NCBI GenBank assembly: GCA_963755915.1 | Contig: CAVWLP010000002.1 | Coordinates: 1,600,001 to 1,664,000 of the forward strand | Source: an uncultured Phycisphaerales bacterium | GTDB lineage: Bacteria > Planctomycetota > Phycisphaerae > Tepidisphaerales > Tepidisphaeraceae | Length of the DNA: 64,000 nt | Direction of reading: 5' to 3' | In this document: piece after piece, positions 10,632-20,718 of the stretch | Numbering within the stretch: position 1 is the stretch's first letter | How the letters are laid out: every line of letters begins with the position of its first letter | The notes under the pieces: generated by a model | The model's database searches: none | What the model saw: only the letters and a program-made list of their open reading frames with translations | Told to the model about the DNA's origin: nothing | Position numbers and translations under genes: made by a program

Positions 10632-12214
10632 ATGCACTTTGCGCATCCCATCTTTCTACCACTCGCCAGCCTGGCATACGGCAACTCGTTGGGAAGGCTC
10701 GACTACGCCGTGCTGCTGGCCTACCTGGCCGCGAGCATTTTCGTCGCTACGTACGCCTCACGTGGCAAAAAAAAATCGTTTGACGACTACTGTGTTGCCG
10801 ACCGCGCAATTCCCTGGTGGGCCGCATGCGTCTCCATCGTAGCAACCGATCTGAGCGGAGTGAGCTACATTGGGGTGCCCGCCTGGATTTACCAGCACGA
10901 TCTGAAATACAACTTCGGCACCATTCTGATGCCGCTGGTCATGCTCGCGGTGGTGCTGATTTTCGTGCCGGTTCTCTGCCGCCTGGGGGTTTACACCATT
11001 TACCAATACCTCGAGCAGCGCTTCCACAGTGCGCTCGAACAGTGACAGCCTGCCTGTTTCTCATGAAGGGGCTCATCCACCTCGGCGGCGCGATCTATAC
11101 CCCGTCGCTTGCCCTCACCGCCGCCACAGGCATTCCCCTGTGGACCTGCATCCTCATCATCGGTCTCTCCACAACACTCTACACGATGAAAGGCGGCATG
11201 CGCGCCGTCATCTGGACCGACCTCACCCAATTCATCGTCCTCGTCGGTGGGCTGGTCCTGATGATCTGCGTCGCCATGGCCGGCCTCGGCTGGGACTGGG
11301 CCGGAATGTGGCACACCGCCTCCCAGCTCCGCGCCCCCGCCACCGGAACGCCCTACACAACTCTGCTTGACTGGCATCTGAGTTTGAAGACCGAGGCCAC
11401 CGTCTGGTCGCTCCTCGCCTTCTATTTCGTTTTCAATCTCGGAACCTATGGCACCGACCAAATCGCCGTTCAGCGCTACTTCACAGTCAAAAATTTCCGC
11501 GAGATTTTCAAATCGGTTATCGGATCGGGATTCGTCAACGTCGCCGCCGTTGCCATGATGGCCGGCCTTGGCTTGGTCCTGGTCGTTTACTATCACGCAC
11601 ATCCAAGTCTCGCCGGCACATTGACGCGAGCCGACGACGTTCTGCCCCATTTTGTGATGAACGTACTCCCCCCCGGCGCCCGCGGCATCATTTTCGCCGC
11701 GATTTTCGCGGCCACCATGTCGTGCGTCAGCGCCGGGCTCAACTCCTTTTCCACCGTCGGCGCCGTGGACCTCTACCGCGAACTCGTCAAGCCCGACGCC
11801 ACCGACAACCACTACCTTTTCGTCGCCAAGGTCCTGACCGCCGTGAGCGGAATCATCACCACGTGCCTCGGCTTGCTAGTGAGTTTATCCCACACCACGA
11901 TTTTACAGACGATCAATTCGCTTCTTTCGATTTTCATCGGCCCGATTACCGCGATGTTCTTCCTCGGCGTTCTGACGCGCCGGGCAAATATCGTGGGATT
12001 AATGATTGGTGTCGTCGCCGGACTGCTTTGTGGAGGACTGCTCCAGTGGACATCGCTCGGCAACGACGTCAATTGGCTATGGCTCGCCCCCTTCGGTTGC
12101 GCGATCACCTTTGTTGTGGGCTATGTCACAAGCCTTCCTTTTGCAGCGAGAATCCCGCCGCGCCAGGATGAACTTCCCAGCTCCGTGGCGATCCGGGCGC
12201 TTTCGGATAACTGA
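10632..12214 (+). CDS. Sodium:solute symporter (SSS), frameshift ~11030
   Basis: SIVATDLSGVSYIGVP, TIYQYLEQRF, GGMRAVIWTD, GTDQIAVQRY, AAIFAATMS.VSAGLNS. Confidence 0.9.
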
Positions 12215-12259
12215 TATCTGAAAAAACAGAAACCCGTCAAGTGCGCGGACCAACTCGGT

Positions 12260-13035
12260 TCACTTGGCTGTATAACCGCCATCAACCGCGATATTCGTCC
12301 CCGTGATATACGCCGACGCGTCCGATGCAAGGAAAACCACAGCCCCCGCCAGATCCGTATCATTAGCCATACGGCCCAGAAAAGTCCTGCGGGAATACCG
12401 CTCCACAAAAACCGGATCCTGCCCAGCCAGAAAACCGCCCGGGCTGATCGCATTGACCCGCACTCCCCGCGGCCCGAGCTTGGCCGCCGCAAACCGCGTC
12501 AGTTGCAACAGCCCCCCCTTATGAAAGAAGTAATCGGGCGGCGTCTCCCAGCCCAATTCCTCATAAAGCGTGAAGTCGGGCCCTACCGAGCCCTGAATCG
12601 AGCTGACATTGATGATGCTCCCCCGCCCGCGCTGCGCCATGTGATCGCCGAAGATTCGCGTCATCATGAACAGCCCCGTCGCGTTGACCGCCATACTTTT
12701 TGCGAAATCCGCGCTCGGCGAAGCCCAATCTTTCATCGTTCTCAGAACCGCATTGTTCACCAGTACGTCAACCCCTCCCGCCTGGCGCACGATAAAGTCC
12801 AGCGTTTCCTGAATTGATGCTTCCTCCGCCTGGTCCAACCGGAGCGCTTTGCGCGGAGTCCTTCTTTTGCGAACTGATCGGCAAGCTGCCGCAAGCCGTG
12901 CACGTTTCGGCTGGCCATATAAAGTGTCGCCGCCGCCTGCCCCAATGCCCGCGCGATTTGCCTGCCGAACAGTCCCGCCGCGCCGGTCACCAGAGCAACT
13001 TTTCCATCGAGCCGAAAGGAGTCCATCACTGTCAT
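12260..13035 (-). CDS. SDR oxidoreductase, frameshift ~12850
   Basis: LDGKVALVTGAAGLFG, DVLVNNA, YxxxK (YFFHK), VRVNAISPGG, DGGYT. Confidence 0.85.
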
Positions 13036-14498
13036 TGCAACTCCTCAAAAGGAAACAGCGGGCGTCGCCGTTGCTTAAATGGTAGCCGCGCCATGTTCGC
13101 CGTCGTCACACCGGGCGTGTCCACGCGGATAAACGTCCGGCACACTGGCGAATACGCCGCGATTGGCGCATTAACGCCTTTTGCAACCAGAACCGAAAAT
13201 TTCTCCGGCTCAATCCCGCACGATGTCAATTGATTCAAGCTAAAAGGCGGCGTGCGCTGTGAGTGCACCAGCAAAGTTAACGACTCCCATTCAATCACCG
13301 CGGTCTTACCCATATCAAAGCGCCCCTGCCCACCGTGGCGAATCTGGTTTTCGTGAAATACTCCATCGTGAAGACTTCGAACGCGTCCTTTGACCGGTAA
13401 CGGCTCGCCGTGCATTTTGTTGTTCTTTCCCCCGACAAACCCTTCAAACATCGCGCCCGTGCCCAGAGAGATCGCCGCCTTGGCCGCGTCCGCATCGCAA
13501 ATCGCAACAAAGCTATGTTCAAACCTGCGCCGTTGCAGAGCGTGCGCGATGATCGTCCCATCCCCTGGTGAGCCGCCGCCGACGTTGTCTCCCAAATCCA
13601 GAAGGCATACGGGCTTTTCAGATCGCGTTGCAATGTCGATTGCTTCTTCGACGTTCGGCAAATGGGCGACGAAATCCTGTCGATATGAGACGAGATAATC
13701 GCCTAACTGATCTGCCAAGCGGCCTGCCTGCTCGTGATCGTTGTTCGTCACGGCGACAAAACTTGAACCCATTTCTTGCACGTCGGCATATGGAAATCCC
13801 AGAACCACTCCGTTGGCCAACACGCCCGGCAATTTCAATTGGGCATCCGCCAATCGCACCAGCTCCAGACAAGGCGGTGCTTCGGTATGTTGTGCGGCAA
13901 TATTGATCGCGACGCGTGGAAAAGCCGCGGCCATTGTCGGCCGCACTTCGCCCCGAAGCGTCCGTACCATCAGCGCCGCCGCTTCAAGGCCCCGAGCGTG
14001 CTGATCGACGTGAGGATTCGTGCGATATGGAATAATCGCCTGGCAGGCACTGACCATTGCCGCCGATAAATTCGCATGTGGATCAATCGTAGCAATGATC
14101 GGCTTGGCCTGGCCCAGGCGCTGGCGAACCAGCCCCAACCAATGCCCATCCATATCCGGAATCTTTTCGCTCACTCCGGCCCCATGGGGCGCCGCCAGTA
14201 TTCCCGCCAGCGGACCAGCGCCATCGAGGCAATCCAGCATCTCCGTCAGAAGATGCCCAAATGCATCGTCGGTGACGACTCCGCCTGGCGTGGCGATCGC
14301 CGCAAACAGCGGAACCGCCTCCATCCCTGCCGACCAAAGCCCGTTGAAAAATCCCCCCACTTCATGATGGCTGTTTCGGAAATGCTCTCGTACTGCTTCT
14401 CCGGTTAACAGCACGTTTCGCCGGAAGTCTTCCAGGCTCGTCGCTTGCGGAAGGAACGTATTCGACTCGTGCTGGAGAGCTATGATTCCGACGCGCAT
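13032..14498 (-). CDS. M81 family metallopeptidase (MlrC-like)
   Basis: HESNTF, PHGAGVS, DPHANLS, YRTNPHVD, GFPYADV, GDNVGGGSPGD. Confidence 0.9.
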   Translation of the reverse strand: MRVGIIALQHESNTFLPQATSLEDFRRNVLLTGEAVREHFRNSHHEVGGFFNGLWSAGMEAVPLFAAIATPGGVVTDDAFGHLLTEMLDCLDGAGPLAGILAAPHGAGVSEKIPDMDGHWLGLVRQRLGQAKPIIATIDPHANLSAAMVSACQAIIPYRTNPHVDQHARGLEAAALMVRTLRGEVRPTMAAAFPRVAINIAAQHTEAPPCLELVRLADAQLKLPGVLANGVVLGFPYADVQEMGSSFVAVTNNDHEQAGRLADQLGDYLVSYRQDFVAHLPNVEEAIDIATRSEKPVCLLDLGDNVGGGSPGDGTIIAHALQRRRFEHSFVAICDADAAKAAISLGTGAMFEGFVGGKNNKMHGEPLPVKGRVRSLHDGVFHENQIRHGGQGRFDMGKTAVIEWESLTLLVHSQRTPPFSLNQLTSCGIEPEKFSVLVAKGVNAPIAAYSPVCRTFIRVDTPGVTTANMARLPFKQRRRPLFPFEELQ

Positions 14499-14531
14499 GC
14501 GATTTTGCCGCGATCTGTCACCGATCTTGTA

Positions 14532-14568
14532 TTCCACGATACGAAACGATATATTCACAATAATGGAA
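14532..14568. promoter_or_regulatory. Two imperfect 15-bp palindromes, candidate IclR operators in a divergent promoter
   Basis: TTCCACGATACGAAA (14532-14546) and TTCACAATAATGGAA (14554-14568) between the divergent starts at 14498 and 14563. Confidence 0.5.
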
Positions 14569-15321
14569 TCGACTTCGATTGTCAAAGCCTTTTCCCTGCT
14601 TGAATTATTGGCCGAATTGAAAGGTTCCGGCTCGCTCAACCAGCTCGCCCTCGGTACCGGCACCACAAAGCCAAGCGCTCATCGCATCTTGCGCTGCCTC
14701 GTCGGGCTCGGATATGTTCAGCATGATTCGGGGGGTATATACCGCCTCACCCCGAAGCTTCACTGGGTCGCCCTTGGACGAAGCGATCGCCGGTTGGCAT
14801 CGATCGCCGATTCGCTCCTCCGCCGGCTTCATCAGCAAACCGCAGAAACCGTCAACCTCGGCGTCCTTCGCCGCAATCGCATCGTTTACATCACAGTACT
14901 GGAGTCCTCTCATCCGTTGCGGCGCGTCGTCGAAACCCATGAGAGCGATCCCGTCTTCTCCACCGCTCTCGGCCGCGCAATCGCCGCCTTTCTGCCCGAG
15001 ACAAAGATCGACAACTTGCTCTCTACCGCCGCGATTGAGGTCAGAACTCCTCGAACGACCAGAAACGAGGAAGAGTTGCGGCGAGTTCTCGCCAAGGTCC
15101 GCCGCGTTGGGTACGCCATCGAGCGCGATGAAACTGATCTGGGTGTAACCTGCATTGCCGCACCGGTGATGTCCGACGGACAGCCGATCGCGGCGATCAG
15201 CCTGAGTGTTCCCTCGGCCCGCGTCGATGCAAATTCAGAAAAACGCTGGACTTCCGACGTGCAGTCGACCGCGCAGTCCCTCAGCCGTGAGCTTGCCGCT
15301 TCCGAGCGAGCAACCGCCTAG
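14563..15321 (+). CDS. IclR family transcriptional regulator
   Basis: SIVKAFSLLELL, KPSAHRILRCLVGLGYV, ETVNLGV, STALGRA, GYAIERDETDLGVTCIAAPV. Confidence 0.92.
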   Translation: MESTSIVKAFSLLELLAELKGSGSLNQLALGTGTTKPSAHRILRCLVGLGYVQHDSGGIYRLTPKLHWVALGRSDRRLASIADSLLRRLHQQTAETVNLGVLRRNRIVYITVLESSHPLRRVVETHESDPVFSTALGRAIAAFLPETKIDNLLSTAAIEVRTPRTTRNEEELRRVLAKVRRVGYAIERDETDLGVTCIAAPVMSDGQPIAAISLSVPSARVDANSEKRWTSDVQSTAQSLSRELAASERATA

Positions 15322-15336
15322 GCACAGGGTTCGATT

Positions 15337-15999
15337 ATGGCCAAGACAACTGAAATCACGCTCGGCATGATGAGAGAAAAGCTCTACAGCGCCGTCGTCT
15401 GCGATGCCTTGGACGCCATCGGTCGCCGCAACCAATCCCCTTGTCTCCCCCTGCAACCAATGACCGGAATCTCCCGACTTGTCGGCCGGTGCCGCACCAC
15501 CCTCTGGGCCGATATGGCCCACGAAGATCCCCGCCCTTACGAACTGGAACTTCAAGCGGTGGATGGCTGCCGGCCCGACGAAGTATTGATCTGCGCAGCC
15601 GCGGGATCCATGCGGTCTGGAATCTGGGGCGAACTACTTTCCACCGCCGCGCACAACAGCGGCTGTGTTGGCGCGATTGTTGACGGCGCCGTCCGCGATC
15701 TCCAGAAAATGACGACGATGGGCTTTCCCGTCTTCGCGCGTGGAACCTGCGTTTACGATAGCCTTCACCGCCAGCGCGTGATCGATCTTGACGTACCCGT
15801 CGAAATCGATGGCGTAGCCTTTCGAAGCGGAGATCTTGTTATTGCAGATACCGACGGCGTTGTCGTCATCCCGCGAGAAGTTGAGACCGAAGCAATCCAG
15901 CGAGCCTGGGAAAAGGTCCACGCTGAAGACCACATGCGCAATGAGATTCGCGCCGGGATGAAAGCCACCGCGGCTTTTTCCAAGTACGGAATCCTCTGA
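15337..15999 (+). CDS. RraA-family / HMG aldolase-like protein
   Basis: SAVVCDALD, GIWGELLSTAA, IVDGAVRD, GDLVIADTDGVVVIP. Confidence 0.85.
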   Translation: MAKTTEITLGMMREKLYSAVVCDALDAIGRRNQSPCLPLQPMTGISRLVGRCRTTLWADMAHEDPRPYELELQAVDGCRPDEVLICAAAGSMRSGIWGELLSTAAHNSGCVGAIVDGAVRDLQKMTTMGFPVFARGTCVYDSLHRQRVIDLDVPVEIDGVAFRSGDLVIADTDGVVVIPREVETEAIQRAWEKVHAEDHMRNEIRAGMKATAAFSKYGIL

Positions 16000-17096
16000 T
16001 GTCCGAGCAATACACTGAGCCAAGCGTCACCCGAGACGGTTGTCAGGCGCGTCAAATGCGCTTTGCCGACTTGCTCGCCGAAAGTGGATATGACGGCGCC
16101 ATCCTGACCCACCCGGGACAAATCTTCTCCCTCAGCGGCCATTGGACGCGCGGCGTCTTCCAATCGCTCCTCTTTGTATGCAGCGAAGGAAAAACCACCC
16201 TTGCCACTCCAATTTCCCCAAGGCTGCCCGTGTTCGTCACCGACACAATAATTTTCCCCGGCGCCAAGCTCGGAACCCTGATCGACGATCAATTGGCAGC
16301 AGGACTGGAAGCACTTTCCCCCCGGACTTCCGCCCTGAAACGAATCGGCTCCGACATGCCGATGGACGCGCTCACCAGCGGACAAATCTCTCCCTACGAC
16401 ATCGCCCCCCTGCTGCGTAAACTTCGACGCACAAAACTCCCCGACGAGATTGAACTAATCCGCCGCGGCATCGCCGGCTGTGAGACCGCCTATGAGGTTG
16501 CAAAGGAAAGCGTCCGTCCCGGGTACTGCGAATGGGAAATGTATTTAGCGCTTCATGCCGCCGCCGTGGCCGCCGTCGGCGAACCCATCGGTGAATTCGG
16601 CAACGATTTTCAGGCCGGCACGCCCGGTGGCCCGCCCCGACGGCGCCCAATGGCCGATGGCGAACTGATGCCCCTCGATTTATCCGTAGTCGTCCGCGGC
16701 TATACGTCCGACATGTGCCGAACGTTTTGCGTCGACAAAGATCCGACTGCCGCGCAAGCCGACGCCCATCAGTGGGTCGCCGACGCTCTCGCTTTCGTCG
16801 AACAAACCGTCAGGCCCGGCGTCAGTTGCCGCCGTCTCTATCTCGACGTCGCCGAAATGCTCCGCAAATCCCCTTGGGACTTCCCCCACCATCTCGGCCA
16901 TGGAATCGGCCTGTCGGCCCACGAAGCTCCGCGGCTGAATCCGAATTGGGACGACACCTTTCAGGAAGGCGATGTCTTCACCGCCGAGCCCGGCCTCTAC
17001 GGCGAAGATCTGCGCGGCGGCGTTCGATTGGAAAATGACTACGTCGTCACCGCCGATGGTGTCCGTTCTTTGTGCCGTTTTCCCCTTGATTTTTAA
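15999..17096 (+). CDS. M24 family (Xaa-Pro) peptidase
   Basis: RRTKLPDEI, DL...GYTSDMCRT, HHLGHGIGL.AHE.P, TAEPGLY, GVRLEND. Confidence 0.9.
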   Translation: MSEQYTEPSVTRDGCQARQMRFADLLAESGYDGAILTHPGQIFSLSGHWTRGVFQSLLFVCSEGKTTLATPISPRLPVFVTDTIIFPGAKLGTLIDDQLAAGLEALSPRTSALKRIGSDMPMDALTSGQISPYDIAPLLRKLRRTKLPDEIELIRRGIAGCETAYEVAKESVRPGYCEWEMYLALHAAAVAAVGEPIGEFGNDFQAGTPGGPPRRRPMADGELMPLDLSVVVRGYTSDMCRTFCVDKDPTAAQADAHQWVADALAFVEQTVRPGVSCRRLYLDVAEMLRKSPWDFPHHLGHGIGLSAHEAPRLNPNWDDTFQEGDVFTAEPGLYGEDLRGGVRLENDYVVTADGVRSLCRFPLDF

Positions 17097-17114
17097 CTTT
17101 CCAGGTGTGATCCG

Positions 17115-18038
17115 GTGTCACAAGACCAGCTCATTTCGACCATCTATTACGGAGCCGACGGCCCCACCCTTTTGATTACCGCTGGTGTCCACGGTGACGA
17201 ATACGAGCCCATGCTGGCGATCCGGAGCCTCTTTCCCATCCTGGAATCGACGAATTTGCGCGGCAAGGTAATTCTTGTGCCCGTCGTAAACGCCTCCGCC
17301 TACGCGCACGGCGCACGCACCGCCGAAGATGGCCTCGATCTGGCGCGGGTCTGCCCCGGGCAAATCGATGGCTCGATCACCCGGCGCATCGCTCACCATC
17401 TGAGCGAGCTGATTCGCGTCTCCGACTTTTATATCGATCTTCACACCGGCGGCGCCGCTCTGTCGCTGATTCCACTCGCCGGATATCTTTTGCATGCTGA
17501 TCCGGCAATTCTTGAAACCCAGCGTCAAATGGCGCGGGCATTCAACTTGCCCTTTATCTGGGGAACCACTCCCACCCTCAACGGCCGTTCTCTCTCGGTT
17601 GCCCGCGATGCCGGCGTCCCTGCCATCTACGTCGAATACGGCGGCGGCACCGGATTCAACGCAGCCGCCGTCGCCGATCTTGCTTCGGGCTGCCTGAACG
17701 TCATGGCCGAACTCAAGATGATCGATCGGCCCCTGCCCCCGCGACAAAAGCAGCAAATCATCGAAGATCCCAGCCCCCAGAGCGGCCATCTTCAAATCAA
17801 CTATCCTTCGCCGTTAAATGGGACCTTCGAACCTGCCGCGACACTGAGCCAATGCATTGAGCCTGGCGAAGTCATCGGCCGCATCACCGATCCTAACACC
17901 GGTGCTTCTGCCGCAATTCGCGCCGAGAAAGCCGGCTTGCTCGTGATGCTCCGCGCAATGCCGCGCGTTCAAGTCGGCGACGCCCTCGCCACGATCGTCC
18001 CCCGGCAATCGCCGGCAACTGGAGGAACCCATGCCTGA
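17115..18038 (+). CDS. Succinylglutamate desuccinylase/aspartoacylase (M14) family hydrolase
   Basis: AGVHGDEYE, DLARVCPG, IDLHTGG, IYVEYGG, C-terminal biotinyl-like domain. Confidence 0.85.
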   Translation: MSQDQLISTIYYGADGPTLLITAGVHGDEYEPMLAIRSLFPILESTNLRGKVILVPVVNASAYAHGARTAEDGLDLARVCPGQIDGSITRRIAHHLSELIRVSDFYIDLHTGGAALSLIPLAGYLLHADPAILETQRQMARAFNLPFIWGTTPTLNGRSLSVARDAGVPAIYVEYGGGTGFNAAAVADLASGCLNVMAELKMIDRPLPPRQKQQIIEDPSPQSGHLQINYPSPLNGTFEPAATLSQCIEPGEVIGRITDPNTGASAAIRAEKAGLLVMLRAMPRVQVGDALATIVPRQSPATGGTHA

Positions 18039-18846
18039 AAAACGCGTCGCACTTATCACCGGCGCCCCGACGGGAATCGGTCGGGCCACCGCATTCGAAT
18101 TTGCCGCCAATGGATACGATCTCGGTATCACCGCATTCGAAGCTGAATCGCTCAATAATGTCGCTGAGCAACTTCGTGCCAAAGGCGCCACCGTGCTGGC
18201 CCGCCCAGGCGATCTGGCGGATTTGCGCTTCGCACAGTCTTTTGTTGAGGCTGCTGCTGCCGAGCTGGGCGCGCCGCACGTCCTCGTCAACAATGCCGCG
18301 TGGCGCGAGCTCGTCACCATGCGCGAAATCTCCACCGATTCCTGGGAACGAACCCTCCGCGTCTGCGTCACCGCCCCCGCCTTTATGGCTCGCTGGGCCG
18401 CCGAGCAAATGGAACCGCTGCGCCGCGGCGTGATCATCAACGTCTCCAGCATCATGTCCGGCCAGGCCCATGGATTTGCCCCCGCCTATGTCGCGTCAAA
18501 AGGTGCAATCGATTCCCTCACCTACGACCTCGCCGCCCTCTACGGCCCCTCGGGCATCCGCGTCTTGTCCGTGCAACCCGGCGCGGTGGACACCGCCATG
18601 AGCGCCGACATCGCCCCCCAGGATTCCCAGCCCGCCGCCGATCTGCGCCAGTGGACCGAGCAAATGATCAGCCTCCGCCGTTGGGCCCAGCCTCAGGAAA
18701 TCGCCCGCGCCATCGTCTGGCTCGCCGGCGATGAAGCTTCGTACATCACCGGAACCTCCATCGCTCTCGACGGCGGTTGGAGCCGCCAGTTGTATCCCTA
18801 CGGCCTCAAAACTGCCCTCCGCCCCGGGCAATTTCCCAATGGATGA
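18031..18846 (+). CDS. SDR oxidoreductase
   Basis: LITGAPTGIG, LVNNAA, YVASKGA, YITG...LDGG. Confidence 0.9.
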   Translation: MPEKRVALITGAPTGIGRATAFEFAANGYDLGITAFEAESLNNVAEQLRAKGATVLARPGDLADLRFAQSFVEAAAAELGAPHVLVNNAAWRELVTMREISTDSWERTLRVCVTAPAFMARWAAEQMEPLRRGVIINVSSIMSGQAHGFAPAYVASKGAIDSLTYDLAALYGPSGIRVLSVQPGAVDTAMSADIAPQDSQPAADLRQWTEQMISLRRWAQPQEIARAIVWLAGDEASYITGTSIALDGGWSRQLYPYGLKTALRPGQFPNG

Positions 18847-19929
18847 TCAAATGTCCAATTCGCACTCTCCCAAACTCGCCCCAAAAATGAGGCCGAATCT
18901 CAAATCAGCCTCGGCGAGGGCGAAACTCCCCTGCTTCTGTCGCGCTGCATAGGTCCCTCCATCGGCCTGCCCAATCTCTATTTCAAACTCGAAACCGTCA
19001 ATCCTTCAGGATCCTACAAAGATCGCTTCGCCGCCGCCGCCATCTCCCAGATGCTGAAAGATGGCAAAAAACGCTGCCTCGCAACTTCCAGCGGAAACAC
19101 CGGCTCTGCTCTGGCCGCCTATTGCGCAGCGGCTGGAATATCCTGCGAAATCGTCACCGTCGAAACCGCCCCCAGCGAAAAGCTCCGCCAAATGGCCGCC
19201 TATGGCGCTCGAATCTTCAAGGTCCACGGCTTCGGCCCCGATCCCGATACCACTCGTCGCGTTTTCGCCTGGGTTCAGCAGACAGGAAATCGCAACGATT
19301 CCTCGCTGCAAATCAGCGCCTACTGCTTCTCTCCAGTCGGAATGGCCGGTGTCGAAACAATCAGCCATGAATTAACCGCCCAATTGCCCACGGGCATCGA
19401 TCACGTTTTCGTTCCTGCCGGTGGTGGTGGACTAACGCTCGCCGTAGCCCGTGGATTCGATCGCGCGCCCTCGAACTTTTCCCGCCCGCGCATTCATTGC
19501 GTCCAGCCCGAAGGAAACGACACCATCGCAACCCCCCTTCGATCCGGCGCACCAAAGGCTCGCTCAGTCACCTGCACGACAAAAATCAGCGGACTGCAGG
19601 TCGCCAGCGTCCTCGACGGCGACGCCGTCATTTCCGCCTGCCGAAACTCTGGTGGAACCGGCCATCTGGTCTCAGATAACGCCGTTTGGGAAACACAGCG
19701 GCGACTGGCCCGCGAGGAGGGAATATTCTGCGAACCCGCTGCGGCCGTCGCGCTCGTGGGGGCCCTGAACGCATTTTCCGCCCGTGAAATTCCCCCTGAC
19801 GATCGCGTTGTTTGCATCGTCACCGGTATCGGATTCAAGGATCTTCAGTCCATCGACCGAATGGTCGCCGACAACGACTGGCCTGTTTTCGATCTCTCAC
19901 AACTCGAGCAAATGTTAGGACAACAATAG
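18839..19929 (+). CDS. Threonine synthase-like fold-type II PLP enzyme (5' end frameshifted or non-ATG start)
   Basis: In frame upstream of ORF 19051: ISLGEGETPL...LYFKLETVNPSGSYKDR; also TSSGNTGSALAAY, VPAGGGG, EGIFCEPAAA, TGIGFKD. Confidence 0.85.
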
Positions 19930-19948
19930 GGAAGGAGCTCCTTCAAGT

Positions 19949-20707
19949 ATGTTCGATCTCAGCGGAAAATTTGCAGTGGTAACCGGCGCGGGCTCCGGGA
20001 TTGGAGAGGCGATTGCCCGCGTTTTCGCCCATGCCGGCGCACTAGTCTTTTTGTTTGATCGCGACGCCTCGGCCGCGCAACGCGCCGCCGAAAAGCTCCC
20101 CAATGCCAAGACGATTCTCGCCGATGTATCGGATGAAAACTCCGTCAATGAAGCCGTTAACCAGGTTCTTGAGCAAACCAGTCGCCGAATCGACGTGCTG
20201 GTCAACAACGCCGGTATCGGCCACGTCGGTACCGTCCTCACCACCACCCCGGCAGATCTCGACCGCCTCTATCGCGTCAACGTCCAGGGAATTCTGATGA
20301 TGACCCGCGCCGTCCTACCTTCGATGATCGCCCGAAGCGCGGGCTCGGTCATCAACCTCGCCTCCATCGGCGGCATCGTCGGCATCCGCGACAGGCTCGC
20401 CTACTGCACAACCAAATTTGCCGTCGTCGGAATGACCAAGTGCATGGCGCTCGACCATGCGACAACCGGCGTCCGATTCAACGCCATTTGTCCCGGCCGG
20501 GTCGAAACGCCTTTCGTCACCGCACGCCTTGCCGAATACCCCGACCCGCAAAAAGCCCGCCAGGAAATGGCCGCGTCCCAGGCCATCGGCCGAATGGGCC
20601 AACCTGACGAAATTGCCGCCGCCGCGCTCTATCTTGGTTCCGATGAATCCCGGTTCGTCACCGGCAGTTCATTCATCATCGATGGGGGATTCTCCGCAGG
20701 GAAATAG
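19949..20707 (+). CDS. SDR oxidoreductase (keto-deoxy sugar-acid dehydrogenase-like)
   Basis: TGAGSGIG, NNAGIG, DRLAYCTTKFAV, NAICPGRVETP. Confidence 0.9.
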   Translation: MFDLSGKFAVVTGAGSGIGEAIARVFAHAGALVFLFDRDASAAQRAAEKLPNAKTILADVSDENSVNEAVNQVLEQTSRRIDVLVNNAGIGHVGTVLTTTPADLDRLYRVNVQGILMMTRAVLPSMIARSAGSVINLASIGGIVGIRDRLAYCTTKFAVVGMTKCMALDHATTGVRFNAICPGRVETPFVTARLAEYPDPQKARQEMAASQAIGRMGQPDEIAAAALYLGSDESRFVTGSSFIIDGGFSAGK

Positions 20708-20718
20708 GAGGTATCGTT

